Positions 24,724 through 38,497 of a stretch of 64,000 bases of DNA are shown piece by piece. Origin of the DNA: an uncultured Bacilli bacterium (GTDB lineage: Bacteria > Bacillota_I > Bacilli_A > Mycoplasmatales > Mycoplasmoidaceae); assembly GCA_904501665.1 (NCBI GenBank), contig CAJGBT010000001.1:657-64656 (forward strand). Direction: 5' to 3'. The position numbers were made by a program, and so were the translations under genes. Position 1 is the stretch's first letter. Every line of letters starts with the position of its first letter. The notes under the pieces are model-generated. The model had not been told where the DNA came from. It worked only from the letters and a program-made list of their open reading frames with translations, and made no database searches.

Positions 24724-25827
24724 ATGAATTTATCAACAGGAATTATTGGCTTACCAAATGTTGGAAAGTCAACACTTTTTAATGCGATTACTAATTCAAA
24801 AGTAGAAGCAGCAAATTATCCATTTGCAACCATTGAACCCAATGTCGGAATAGTAAATTTACCAGATTCTAGAATTGATAAATTAGTAGATTTGGTTCGT
24901 CCTGAAAATGTAGTAAAATCAATTGTTAAGTTTGTAGACATTGCTGGATTAGTTAAAGGTGCTAGTAATGGTGAGGGATTAGGAAATAAATTTTTACAAA
25001 ATATTCGAGATGTTAATGCTATTGTTCATGTTGTAAGATGTTTTGAAGATAATGATGTTGTTCATGTTAATGAAACAGTTGATCCTGTTCGTGATGTTGA
25101 AATCATTAATTTAGAATTGATATTATCAGATTTAGAAATTGTCAATAATAGAATCGGTAGAATTCAAAAAGTGGTTGTTGCTAATAAAGATAAAATGGCT
25201 AAATTTGAATATAATGTTTTAATGAAAATAAAAGCAACATTAGAAAAAGGAAAATTAGCTCTTGAATGTGATTTAACTAGTGAGGAATTGGATGCAATTA
25301 AACATTTTAATTTAATTACCATGAAGCCATATATGTTTGTGGCTAATATTAGTGAACATGAAATCACTAATCCTAATATCAATAAGCATTTTTTAAAATT
25401 AAAGGAATATGCTAATAATAAAAAAATTAATATTATTCCTATTAGTGCAAAGATTGAAGCTGAAATTGCTAATTTAAACAAAGAAGAACAACTTGTTTTT
25501 TTGAGTGAAATTGGTATTAATGAACCAGGTCTAAATATTTTAATCAAGGCAACCTTTAGTTTGTTAGAACTTTGTACATTTTTTACTGTTGGAAAAAAGG
25601 AAATTCGTTCATGAATTTTTAAGAAAAATAGTTTAGCTCCTGATTGTGCAGAAATTATTCATAGTGATTTTAAAAAAGGTTTTATTAAAGTGGAAATTAT
25701 CAAATATAATGATTTTGTACATTATGGTAGTGAATTGGCTGTCAAAGAAGCTGGTAAATTAAATATTGAAGGGAAAAATTATCAAGTTCAAGATGGTGAT
25801 ATTTGCAACTTTAAGTTTAATGTTTAA
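24724..25827 (+). CDS. ychF: Ribosome-binding ATPase YchF
   Basis: GIIGLPNVGKSTLFNA and DIAGLVKGAS motifs, with a C-terminal TGS-like region after TGA. Confidence 0.9.
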
Positions 25828-25841
25828 GTTAAGGATAAAAA

Positions 25842-26492
25842 ATGGCAAAATTTAGAGCTCTTACCTTACCACATGGTTGAATTGAAGTTATCTGTGGACC
25901 AATGTTTGCAGGTAAATCAGATGAGTTAATTAGAAAGTTAAATCGCTTGATTTATGCAGATGTTGAATATGTTATTTTCAAACCACTAGTTGATTCTCGG
26001 AGTGATAATGAAATTAAATCACGTTCTGGATTAGCTAAACATGCTGTTAATATTTCTAATTCTTATGAAATCTTAAATTACTTAATGGAATCAAACAAAC
26101 GATATAAAGTAGTAGCAATTGATGAAGCTCAATTTTTTGATCAAAACTTAGTTGATGTTTGTTATACATTAGCAAATAATGGGTATGTTGTTTTAGTTGC
26201 TGGACTAGATCGTGATTTCAGAGGTGAACCTTTTGGTCCAATTCCTGCTTTACTAACAAAAGCTGAAATAATTCATAAATTAACTGCTATTTGCACAGAA
26301 TGTGGTGCTCCTGCTACAATGACACAAAGAATTGTTGATAACAAACCTGCACACTACCAAGTTAATCAATTTTTAATAGGTAATCATAATGATTATTCTC
26401 CGCGTTGTCGTCACTGTCATAAAGTTCCTGGTAAAAAAGTAAAAGAAATTGAAAAAAAGTTTATTCGCTTTACTAGCGAATTAAAAAATTAA
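25842..26492 (+). CDS. tdk: Thymidine kinase
   Basis: GPMFAGKSDELI, DEAQFF, and the C-terminal zinc motifs CTECG...CRHCH. Confidence 0.9.
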
Positions 26493-26494
26493 TT

Positions 26495-28237
26495 TTATTT
26501 TCTAAATGTTAAATCAAGCTCAATTAATTCTTCTTTACTAACACTTGTTGGTGATTGAGTTAATAAATCATAACCTGCAGAGTTTTTTGGAAAGGCTATG
26601 ACATCTCTAATACTACTAGAATTAGTAATAATCATCATTAATCGATCAATACCAATGGCCAATCCTCCATGAATTGGTACACCATATTTAAAGGCATCCA
26701 TCAAAAAACCAAATTTATCACTAATTTCTTGTTCTTTTAAACCAAGTGCTTTAAACATTCTTTGTTGAATATTTAAATCATTAATTCTAATGGAACCACC
26801 ACCAAGTTCAAAACCATTTAAAACAATATCATAGCTTCTTGCTTTAGCATCTTTAAAATTTTTATCAAAATCATTTAAACATTCATTTGTTGGACTAGTA
26901 AATGGATGATGTGCTGCTAAATATTTTTTTTCTTCTTCGTTATATTCAAATAGTGGTCAATTAATAATTCAAGCAAAATTAAATTCATTTTTATCTTTTA
27001 AATTTAAAATCGTACCTAACTCGTTTCTCACTGCACCTAAAGATTTTAATGCAATTTCTTGCTTATCAGCTACAAAAAAAATAGTTGCATTTTTAAATTG
27101 ATGCTTTTTTAAAATATTCATTACTAATTCTTCTTCAATGAATTTAGCAATTGAACCAGCCTTGATTTTATTTTTTTCTAGTCTAATTCATGCTAACCCT
27201 TTAGCTCCATTATCTTTAGCTAATTTTTCAAGTAATGTAATTTTTTTACTATCGATTTCATTTTCAACTATTAAGTAATTAATAGAATTGTTATTATCAA
27301 TTGTGTTTTTAAAAATTTTAAATTGAGTATTTTTAAAAACATCATTTGCTTCATAAATTTGGATATCAAATCTTAAATCCGGTTTATCTGTACCATACTT
27401 TTTTATTGCATCAAAGTAATCAATTCTTTGAAATGGAGTCTTAATTTTAATTCCTAAAACTTTTCTAAAAATATCAACTAATAATTCTTCTATTAATGTT
27501 TGAATAGTATCTTCATTAATAAAAGACATTTCAATATCTAGTTGTGTAAATTCAGGTTGACGATCTAATCTTAAATTTTCATCACGAAAACATCGAGCAA
27601 TTTGAAAATATTTTTCAAATCCCGATACCATTAATAATTGTTTATAAATTTGAGGAGATTGCGGAAGTGCAAAAAATGAATGTAAATTGTTCCTTGTTGG
27701 TACTAAATAATCTTTAGCTCCTTCTGGCGTTGGCTTACAAAGGATTGGTGTTTCAATATAGATAAAATCTTTACTTTCCAAAAAGGTCATAATTGTATTT
27801 ATAACCTTAGATCTTAAAATAATATTATTTCTAATGTTCTTATTCCTTAAATCTAAATAACGGTATTTCAATCTTGTTTCTTCATTAGTTATTATAAAAT
27901 CATCATCAATAACAAAAGGTAAATTTTGAGCACAAGAAATAATTTTAATTTCATCTAAGTTAATTTCAAATGCACCCGTAGGTATTTTTTCATTAATTGC
28001 ACTTCTTTTATTTACTATTCCAAATATTTCAACTACTGATTCCTTAGAAATGTTTTCAACTAATTCAAAGTATTTATTTTGATTTTGAACTACTACTTGG
28101 ACTAAACCAGAAATATCAGCAATATCTAAAAATATTAGATTACCTAATTTACGTTTCTTTTTAACTCAACCATAAATAGTTACTTTTTTATTTAATTTAT
28201 TTTTATTTATATCAAGACAATATGTTCTATTTTTCAC
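26495..28237 (-). CDS. aspS: Aspartate--tRNA ligase
   Basis: ORFs 26495-26758 and 27188-27871 are in frame and joined by TGA. Class II motifs are present (FRDE, GLAIGIDRL). A GTG start at 28237 overlaps the hisS stop. Confidence 0.9.
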
Positions 28238-29516
28238 TATAATTTCCTATATTCCTTTTAAAGTAGTCAAGTACATCATCAAATTTTATTTTAACCTCTT
28301 TTTTATTATTTTGTTCCTTAATGATAACAACTTTTTCATTTATCTCTTTCTTTCCAATAATGATAACATATTTACATTTATTGAATTCTGCAAACTTAAA
28401 ATGTTTTTTTAAATCAAATGTATTAGTAATAAAATCAGAACTATATCCATTTAATCTAAGGATGTTTTGTAACAAAAAACTTATCTTTAATGCTTCAGCA
28501 TCTAAAGGAGCAAATACAATATTTAAATGATTATCTTGATTTAGAAAAGTTGGATTTTCCTCATTAATAGCAATAATAAATCTCTCAACCCCAAGAGCAA
28601 ATCCAAAACCAGGAACATCTTTACCACCAGTTGCCGCTACTAATGAAGAATATCCACCACCACCAATAAGTGTTGATTGACCTTTTAATTTATCACTTGT
28701 TGATATAAATTCAAAAACTAATCCAGTATAATAATCTAAACCTCTAACTAAATTTGGATTAATAGTATATTTAATTTTATAAAAATCCAGTTGAGTTTTA
28801 ACTTGTTCAAAATATTTATTTTCTTCTTCTGTTAAGAACTTATCTAATTTTGGGGCATTAATGACAAAATCTTTCTTTCCATCTTCTTTATCATCTAAAA
28901 TTCTTAATGGATTAGTTTCTAATCTTAATTTTGAATCATTCGTTAGTTTATTTTCATATTTTTTAAAATATTTTTTTAGTTCTTTAATTCATAAAGTTCT
29001 AGATTTAACACTACCAATATTATTAATTTCTAAAACGTATTTATTTAATTTACAAGCAGAAATAATAGATGAGGCTAAAACTATCATATTAACTTCATCA
29101 CTAATTTGAAAATTTCCGACACATTCAACTCCAAATTGATGAAATTGACGTTGACGTCCTGATTGTGGTCTATCATATCGAAACATAGGACCAAAATAAA
29201 AATATTTTAAAGGATATGGTGAAGCTTCAATTAATTTATTTTCCACGATTGCTCGAATTGTTCCAGCTGTACCTTCTGGTCTTAAGGCAATATCTCTACC
29301 ACCTTTATCCTTAAAATCATAAAATTCTTTATGTACAATATCTGAATCATCACCTACTGCTTTAGTAAATAAATCTCGGGATTCCAATATTGGTGTTTTA
29401 ATTTCATGAAAGTTAAAAACTCTTGCATATTCTCTTACAAGATCTTCAATCAATCTAAATGCTTCAATATCTTTCCCAAATAAATCAGTTGTTCCTCGTG
29501 GCTTTGTATATTGCAT
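28227..29516 (-). CDS. hisS: Histidine--tRNA ligase
   Basis: MQYTKPRGTTD..., RPEGT and FRYDRPQSGRQRQFHQFG motifs. The pieces are in frame. Confidence 0.9.
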
Positions 29517-29572
29517 AATCTAAATTTATAACAAGATAATTATATATTTTTTTAAGATTATTTTTAAACCAA

Positions 29573-30634
29573 TTATATAATTGGATATTTTAATTGATAA
29601 ATACCTTTTGTATCAGATGCACGAAAATTAATTTCATCTATATTTTTACATGCAATGATTCCAAATGAACTAATAACAATATTAACATTATCACCATTTA
29701 AATTGAATTCAATTTTGTTTAAAACTTCATGATTTGAAAAAGATATTAGTTCTTCTTCGTTTTTATAGTAGCCAAATTTATGGCTAGTGATTTTTAAATT
29801 ATCATTAATTAAAAGCTTAATTGTTCCAATTTTAGTTTCTGAATTTTTAACATCAAGATAGAATAAATTTTCAATTTTTAAGGTTTTTCGTTGTCTTATT
29901 TGATAATTTCTTAAGTGCTTAATTTTTTGTAAAATTATTTTATTATTATCTCTTTCATTTTTTAATAAATATAAGTAACTTAAATTATTATTAAACCCTG
30001 GTGTATCAATCAAGCTAATTTTATTAATTTTTATCTTATTAAAAAAACATGTAGTATCTAAAAACGAACTAGTTGTTAGAATGGGTTTTAATTTATTCAT
30101 TTTTAATAAAGCATTAATTAATGAAGATTTGCCACTATTTGATTTACCAATAAATATTAATTTATATTTCTGCTTGTAATATTTTAATAAGTTACTATAC
30201 AAATCCTTAATTGAATTTTTATTATTAATGCTTGTAAATATAATCTCTTGGTAATTTTTATTAATACTATTAATATTTTTAATCATTTTTTCTTTGATTA
30301 TTTTTTCATCCTTAAAGGAACTAAATAAATCAATTTTATTAACAATAATTATTAAATTAGAAATATTATTTATTTCCTTAATATTCATAGAAAGCAAATC
30401 TAATGCATCAACTACTAAATAGACCATATGCTTTTCTAATTTAATCTCATTGATAACTTCATTAATAGTAGTTGAAATATTATCAATTTTAGTATTTTGA
30501 TTGTAATTAATTAATTTAAAACAACGTTGGCAATATTGTTGTTTTTGAGGATCATATTTTTCAATATAGCCTATTTTACCTTTATTAGAATTTAATGTAG
30601 CACCACAACCAATACATTTTTTAAATAAAGTCAT
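29573..30634 (-). CDS. yqeH: Ribosome biogenesis GTPase YqeH (N-terminal zinc finger, circularly permuted GTPase)
   Basis: GGAGG lies 4 nt upstream of the ATG at 30634 (MTLFKKCIGCGA...CQRCF). NKID and GKSNSGKSSLIN motifs are present. Confidence 0.8.
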   Translation of the reverse strand: MTLFKKCIGCGATLNSNKGKIGYIEKYDPQKQQYCQRCFKLINYNQNTKIDNISTTINEVINEIKLEKHMVYLVVDALDLLSMNIKEINNISNLIIIVNKIDLFSSFKDEKIIKEKMIKNINSINKNYQEIIFTSINNKNSIKDLYSNLLKYYKQKYKLIFIGKSNSGKSSLINALLKMNKLKPILTTSSFLDTTCFFNKIKINKISLIDTPGFNNNLSYLYLLKNERDNNKIILQKIKHLRNYQIRQRKTLKIENLFYLDVKNSETKIGTIKLLINDNLKITSHKFGYYKNEEELISFSNHEVLNKIEFNLNGDNVNIVISSFGIIACKNIDEINFRASDTKGIYQLKYPII

Positions 30635-31193
30635 AATCCTCCAATAATAAGGAATCATCAGAGTTTAAATTATTATTTTTTGTTAAGTTCTTATAAATTA
30701 AATTTTCAATTAAAAAAATAATAATATTTTTAATATTAGTATTGGACAAATCAAATAGTGGAAGTACTAAGATAGATTTAGCTCCTAATCTATTTGCTGC
30801 TAAAATATCTGTAATAAATTGATCACCAATAAAAATACTGTCTTGGATTTTGATATTATGTTTTTTGATTAGCTTTTCTATTTTTTTAATAAAAGGTTTC
30901 TTAGCATTATAAATAAAGTCATCAACTTCTAATAAACTACAAAAATTTTCAACTCGTTTTTTATGATTATTACTAATAATAAAAACTTTAAAATCTAGAC
31001 TATGTAATTTTTGAATAAATAAACTACAATTCTTATTTGGAAAACGTGAAAAATGAGGAACTAATGTATTATCTAAATCACAAAAAACATATTTAATTCC
31101 TTTTTTTTTAATTGAATTTAAATTAATATCATTGATATTATCAAAATATCATGTTGGACGAAAATAGTTAAATCAAATAAAATTAATTTTCAT
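30621..31193 (-). CDS. YqeG-family HAD phosphatase
   Basis: CDLDNTLV and GDQFITDI motifs. It sits in the conserved yqeG-yqeH order and has a TAATG overlap with parC. Confidence 0.7.
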
Positions 31194-33649
31194 TAAAATA
31201 AACTTTCTTGGTTATTATTTTCGTTTTCATTTTTAGATAACCAGTTATCTTTATAACCGCAAGTGATTTTACCTAATTTAGCATCTGTAAATCTTGTGCT
31301 TAAATCTGTTAATGGGATAGTAGAACATTTTAATTGATGAATTTGCATATCATTATTTAAAACATTAACTATATCTCGAGCATTAACGTTAATTACATTA
31401 ATAAGTTCATATGGGGCATTTTTAACTTGACTCATAACCATTAATCCCATACCTGCACGCTTAATTTTTGTTATTTGTTCAATATTAATTCTTTTTGCTC
31501 CTCTATTTGCTAATATCAATAGCTGACTTTTTTCGTTTGTAGAAGCAATACATCCAATGATTTCATCACCGTTATTTAATTTTTGAGCACGTACACCAGT
31601 GGATGTTTTTCCAATAATAGGTACTTCATCAATTTCAAATCTAATTGCTAATCCTTTTTTTGTAATTGAAACCACATCATATTTTATATTTTCATTAACT
31701 AATTGGGCACTTACTATTTCATCATTGTCTTTTAAATTCATAATAATTGATGATTTAGCACTTTTAGAAAAAGTTAATTCAGAAACTTTGACCCTTTTAA
31801 TGCTACCATTCTTACTACATATTAATAATAAATGGTCTTGATTAGGAATTGGATCAGTACTAAAAGCAAAAATAATTTTGTCATCTGAATCTAATGTGAT
31901 AATATTGTTCAAATGCTCAGCTAAATCTTTATATTTCATTTGCTTAATTTTGTGACATGGAATTGATATGTATAATCCTTTTTTAGTTATTAAAACTATT
32001 TGATTAGTAGTGTTAGATTCAAAGATATCTAACAAAATGTCTCCTTGTTTTAAAATGAAATCACCATAATTTGATGACTCTATTGAACGTTTATTAGTAG
32101 CTTTTATATAGCCACTCTTAGTAACCATAATAACTACATCTTTTGCTTCGATTAAATCGGAATTGTTAATTACTATTTTTTCAATTTCAGCTTCAATCTT
32201 TGTTTTTCTTTCAAAACCAAAAGTATTTTTATATCCTCTTAAAATTTCTTTTAAATGATTCTTTAATAATGAATCAGAATTTAAAATTGCTTGAATATCT
32301 TTAATTAATTTTTCTACATCTTTTTCTTCTTGCATCAAAGTTGCAATATCTGTAGCTGATAAACAATAAAGTCTTAAATTAACAATCGCATCAGCTTGGA
32401 CTAATGTAAAACCAAATTTAGCTACTAAATTATTTTTAGAATCCTCTTTTGAAGATGACTTTCTAATTGTTGTAATAATGTCATCTAAAATTGAAATTGC
32501 TTTTATCAATCCTTTGATAACTTCCAATCTTTTTAAAGTTTTATCTAAATCAAATTTTAATGTTTTTGTAATAATATCAATGCCATGATGAATATAAGCA
32601 TCAATCGTTTCTAGGATTGGCATTAAACAAGGTTTTTTATTATGAATAGTTATAAAATTAATTGCATAAGAAATTTGCAATGGAGTATTTTTGTATAAGA
32701 AATTTCTAATGACTTCTAATGATTTATCAGCTTCAATATCTATAACAATAGAAACCCCATTTTTATCTGACTCATCTCTTGTTTCAATTATTCCTGATAT
32801 TTTTTCATTAAATACTAAATCATCAATTGCTTTAATAATATTGCTTTTATTTGTCTCGTAAGGAATTGATGTAATCACTAATTGTTTCATTTTTTTAGTA
32901 TGATTACCTTCTTCGATATTTGCCCTAATAATAAATTTTCCTTTACCTGTTTTATAGGCATCTTCAATCCCACTTTTACCTTGAATAATTCCACCAGTAG
33001 GAAAATCAGGTCCAGGCATGATTTTAATAATAGAGTCTAAATGACAATTTGGTGAATCAATTCGATAAATAATAGCATTAATTACCTCAGTTAAATTAAA
33101 AGGTGGAATGTTAGTAGCATACCCTGCTGCTATCCCAGTTGCTCCATTAATTAATAAGTTAGGAATTAATGATGATAAAAAAGAAGGTTCTGATTCAGAA
33201 TCATCAAAGTTAGGTATAAAATCAACGGTATTCTTTTCAATATTAGATAACATCATTTCACCAATATGTGATAAACGACATTCTGTGTATCGCATTGCAG
33301 CAGCATTATCACCATCAATAGAACCTTTATTTCCATGCATATCTAACAATGGTTGATTGTTCTTTCATTCTTGACTCATTCTAACCATAGCTTCATAAAT
33401 AGAACTATCACCATGTGGGTGATATTTACCAATAACTTCACCAACAGTTCTAGCTGATTTTTTATAAGGCTTATCATGATTAATATTTAAATTGTACATT
33501 GCATACAAAATTCTACGTTGTACTGGTTTTAAACCATCACGTACATCTGGTAATGCTCGATCTTGAATAATGTATTTTGCATATCTAGCAAACCCATCAT
33601 TCATAATTTTATCAATTGATTTTTTTAGAATATTTTTATTGTTTTCCAT
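31193..33649 (-). CDS. parC: Topoisomerase IV subunit A (GyrA/ParC family; no GyrA-box seen)
   Basis: [20 protein letters not shown] and YHPHGD motifs. ORFs 31193-33349 and 33365-33649 are in frame via TGA. Confidence 0.75.
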
Positions 33650-33652
33650 TTA

Positions 33653-35551
33653 TTAATCCTCTTCTAATTTAAAATTGATATTTTCATTGATTCAATCTTT
33701 TCTTAGTTGAGCATTATCACCCATTAAAATATTTATTTGTCTTTCAGCAATTACTAAATCTTCAATACTCACCTTAATCAATCTTCTTGTCTTTGGATCC
33801 ATTGTAGTTTCTCATAATTGATCAGCATTCATTTCGCCTAAACCCTTATAACGTTGAATTTCAAAAGATGGATTTTCTTTTTTTAATTTTTCTAAATCAT
33901 TTTCATCTCAAGCATAGTAGAAGGCTTTAGTCTTTTTATTAGTTAACTTATACAATGGAGGTAAAGCTATATATACATGACCATTTTCAACTAGTGGTTT
34001 CATATAACGATAAAACATTGTTAATAACAAAATTTGAATATGGGCTCCATCAGTATCAGCATCAGTCATAATGATAATTTTATGATATTTTAATTTTTTG
34101 ATATCAAAGTTCTTCATGACACCTGTTCCTAAGCAAGTAATAATAGTATTAATTTCTTCATTTTTTAAAACTTCTAAATAGCTTGTTTTTTCAACATTTA
34201 TAACTTTACCCTTCAATGGTAAAATGGCTTGTGTTTTTCGATCTCTTCCTAATTTAGCACTACCACCTGCTGAATCTCCTTCAACTAAAAATAATTCATT
34301 AGTTTTTGGGTCTTTAGTTTGTGGTGGTGTAAGTTTTCCAGATAAAATTCTTTCAATTGAATTTCCTTTTTGTTTCTTAGTAGATTCCCTAACTCTTTTA
34401 GCAGCTTGTCTTGCATCTCTAGCAATGATAGCTTTTTGGATAATTTTTTCAGCTTCTTTTTTGTGTTCTTCAAACCAAAAAGCAATTTCTTTGCTTGCAA
34501 TTTTTTTAGTAGCTTCACGAGCTTCAGGAGTAAATAATTTATTTTTTGTTTGACCTTCATAGCTTATGATATTTTCTGGAACTTTAACAGAAATAACAGC
34601 TCCAATTCCTTCACGTACATCACTACCTTCTAAATTTTTATCTTTTTGTTTAATAATGTTTCATTTTCGACCATATTCATTAAAAATTTCGGTTAAAGCA
34701 ATTTTAAATCCATTTTCATGAGCTCCACCCTCTCCAGTTTTAATCGAATTTGCAAATGAAATAATTGTCTCATTCATATCATCGCAATATTGAAATGCAA
34801 TTTCTACCTCAATTTTATCAATCTTACCTGTAACACTACATATTGGAGAATTAATATTTCTGGTTTCATTGATAAATTTAACAAATTCTGATATCCCTTG
34901 ACTAGATTGAAAAGTATCAGATGTCTTATTAATTTCGTCATTGAAAATTATTTTTAAATTTTTAAATAAAAATGATGCTTCCCTTAATCTTTCACGAATA
35001 ATATTTGGATTAAATTCTATTTCTTTAAAGATTTTTTGATCAGGCTTAAAATGAATAATTGTACCAGTTTTATTCGAATCACCAACAACTGTTAATTTTT
35101 GTTCAATAACAGCACCACCATCTTTAAATTTACATTGGTAAAGTTTACCACCACGACCAACAACACAGATTAATCATTCACTTAGAGCATTAACTACTGA
35201 TGCACCAACACCATGTAAACCACCTGCTGTTGCATATGCATCATTATCAAATTTACCCCCAGCATGCAAAACAGTTAGCACTGTTTCTACAGCTGACATC
35301 TTTGTTTCTTTATTAATATCTACTGGTATTCCTCTACCATTATCCTTTACCATGATAGAGTTGTCTTTTTTAAGAGTAACTTCAATTTGATTACCATAAC
35401 CAGCCATTACTTCATCAATACAGTTATCGAAAATTTCTCATATTAAATGGTGCAAACCTCTACTATCGGTTGAACCAATGTACATTCCAGGTCTTTTTCG
35501 AACAGGTTCAAGTCCTTTTAAGACTTTTATATTATCAGCATTGTAACTCAT
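33653..35551 (-). CDS. parE: Topoisomerase IV subunit B (GyrB/ParE family)
   Basis: [37 protein letters not shown] and the Toprim motif [11 protein letters not shown]. Confidence 0.75.
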
Positions 35552-35746
35552 TAATACCTCTATTTTAATTGATAAAAACAATTTATTTTAACATATGTAT
35601 TTTTACTATGATATATAACTATAATAATTTTTATTGTTTTTTATAAATGGTTTTAACTTTTTTGATTTTAATTTTTCAAAATTTATTTTTTAAAATTTAA
35701 TATTCTAAAAAATGATATAATTTTAAAGAATTTATATATTTTATAT

Positions 35747-36487
35747 ATGAGATATGATGTTTTAGTAGATATTGGTCAAGTAAGACAAAATAATGAAGAT
35801 GTAGCATGAGCTGGTGTAAATAAGAATGAAAATTTTGCCGGGATTGTTTGTGATGGTTTAGGTGGATATAAAGGGGGATCAACTGCTAGTTCAATTGTAG
35901 TTGATGTTTTTAAAGAGCGATTTAGTGATATTAATTTAAATTTCTTCTCTCGAGAAGAAATTTTTGATTGAATCCAAAAAACGATTTCTGTTGCTAGAGA
36001 TAGAATATCCAATAAAATTAAAGAAAATCATCAGTTAAAAAATATGGCAACCACTTTTGTAGCTTGTATTGTTGTCAATTCAAAAGCATATATATTTAAT
36101 ATTGGTGATTCACGAGCATGATATATCTCAAAAAATAAAGCTGAACAAATAACTCAAGATCAAAATTTATATAATTATTTAATTAAAAATAAAGCTGAAA
36201 AAGAAATATTTGAACTATATCGAGATAATCTATATGCAATTACTCAATTTGTTGGGGCTCAAACTGAAAAGAAATTAAGTATTGATGTTTATGAATTTGA
36301 TATTCAAGAAGGAGTATATATTGTACTTACTTCAGATGGGACACATAATTTTATTAGTGTTAATGAAATCAAACGTTGTCTAATTGATAGTAATATGAAA
36401 TTTAACGATGTTTGTACAGCGGTTATTGCTAAGGCTATGGCTAATGGCTCAAATGATAATTTATCAATAGTTATTATGGAATTTTAA
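35747..36487 (+). CDS. prpC: PP2C-family Ser/Thr protein phosphatase
   Basis: GQVRQNNEDV, CDGLGG, GDSRAW and SDG...NDN motifs. Confidence 0.85.
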
Positions 36488-36489
36488 AA

Positions 36490-37656
36490 ATGAGTGTTTA
36501 TAAACAAGGACAAACTATTTTAGGTTATGAAATCATCCGAAAATATGGCGATGGTGGGATGAGTGATGTTTATCTAGCACAAAATAAAGATCTTGATAAT
36601 TGAAACCCAAATAAATATGTAATCATTAAAGTTATTAAAAATAGAATTAGCAAAGATGGTTCCAATAGTGACATTGATCAATGAAAAAAAGCAATTGATG
36701 AATTTAAAATCACTTGTACATTATTCGAAAATACACATGAAAATATAGTTAAACCAATTAAATGAGATTACTCTAACTCTAATGTTATTATCATCTATGA
36801 ATTTATTGATGGACCATCATTAAATCAATTTATTGATATATATAGGGCTATTCCAGTTGATCGGGCAATGTTTTATTTTAAGAAAATTTGTGAGGGAATT
36901 AGACACTTCCATAATTTAAATGATAAGACAACAGTTATTCACCGTGATTTAAAACCAGAGAATATAATTTTAACTAATGACCTTGCTGACATTAAAATCA
37001 TTGATTATGGTATTGCAACTACTTTTTATGATAAAAACATTAATTCATCGGAAGGAACAATTTATTGTACTGTAGATTATATAACACCTGATATTTTCAA
37101 CCTTTCTTCAAAAAATATTAAAAATAATCCAAATATTGATATTAATGAATGAAAGAATAAAGTCATTACTACTCAATTTGATTTCCATGCATTAGGTGTT
37201 ATCTTGTATTATATGATTACAGGCGAAATGCCATTTGAGTATGATAAAGAAAAAATCAGTGATGCTGAAATTATTCGTAATTGATTAAAATATGATTTAA
37301 AAATTATTAGTAATTCTATTCCTAATATTCCAAATAGTATAGAAAATATTATTTTTAGATGTACTGCTTCTAAACCTGAAGATTTACATTTTCGATATAA
37401 AAAAATCGAAGAATTAATTGATGATATTAATACATGAGATGATCCGAAAAGAAAAAATGAAAAACTTTTAAAACCAATTGAAAAAAGAGTATTCCAACAA
37501 GCAATGACTTTTGATGTTGCTAAGGAAAAAGAAAAAGAAAAATTTTATGAAAAATGATGATTTTATATCATTGTTTCAGTAGTAGTAGCAGTTGCAGTAG
37601 TTTTAATAGTTGTTATGTTGGTTTTATATTTTACAGGAGTCCTTAGTGACAAATAA
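36490..37656 (+). CDS. prkC: Ser/Thr protein kinase with a C-terminal TM segment
   Basis: GDGGMSDVYLA, HRDLKPENI and DYGIA motifs, followed by a hydrophobic C-terminus. Confidence 0.85.
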
Positions 37657-38494
37657 AATTTTTATTAGTAAATTAATTAAGGATGATGTTTGAATTTTTA
37701 AAAATGACCAAAACATACAAGCAAGTTTTAAGGGAAAAATAAGATTAAATAATATTGATGTTGCTGTTGGAGATTATGTATCATTATCCATTCAAAATAA
37801 TCACTATCTAATAAATGAAATCTTAAACCGGAAAAATTTTTTATTAAGACCAAAAGTGGCAAATGTAGATAAGGTATTAATTGTTCAATCAGCAATTCAG
37901 CCTGATTTTAATGATTTATCATTAGACAAAATGATAACTTTTTATGAAATGAAAAATATTCCAGTTGCTATAGCCATTAGCAAATTAGACTTAGTTAGCA
38001 ATCATCATTTTGTAAACAAATTCATTGATGAATATATTTCACAAGGTTTTGAAGTTTATAAATTAAATCAAGATGAGGATTTTAAAAAAATGATTCAAGG
38101 TTTTGATGGAAAAATTATTTGCTTTGTTGGTAATTCAGGAGTTGGAAAATCTAGTTTAATTAATAGAATTGATCCAAATTTAAATTTAAATACACAAGCT
38201 ATTTCTAAAATTTTAAATAGAGGCAAGCATACTACTACAAATGTTTCTATTTTAAAAGTTAAAAATTTTTTTCTTGTTGATACACCAGGTTTTTCCACTA
38301 TTAATATTAATGCAGATAAATTTATATTAGCACGCTATTTTTTTAAAAAAATATTAAAAGATAATCAATGTAAATTCAATGATTGTTTACATGATTATGA
38401 AAATGAATGTTTAGTAAAAAAATATGTACAAGAAAAAAAGATTACAATTAATAGATATAATAATTATCTAAATATCTTAAGAAATATAAGGTAA
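37646..38494 (+). CDS. rsgA: Ribosome small-subunit-dependent GTPase A
   Basis: GTG start overlapping prkC. VANVDKVLIV, SKLDL, GNSGVGKSSLIN and a zinc-knuckle motif CKFNDCLHDYENEC are present. Confidence 0.85.
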
Positions 38495-38497
38495 TAT

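Noticed and set aside
31193-35551. Whether this GyrB/GyrA-family pair is gyrase rather than topoisomerase IV.
   Set aside because: I found no GyrA-box (QRRGGKG-like) in the C-terminal domain of the A subunit, so I called it parE/parC. This is a judgement from one absent motif. Phylogeny or the presence of a second pair elsewhere would settle it.
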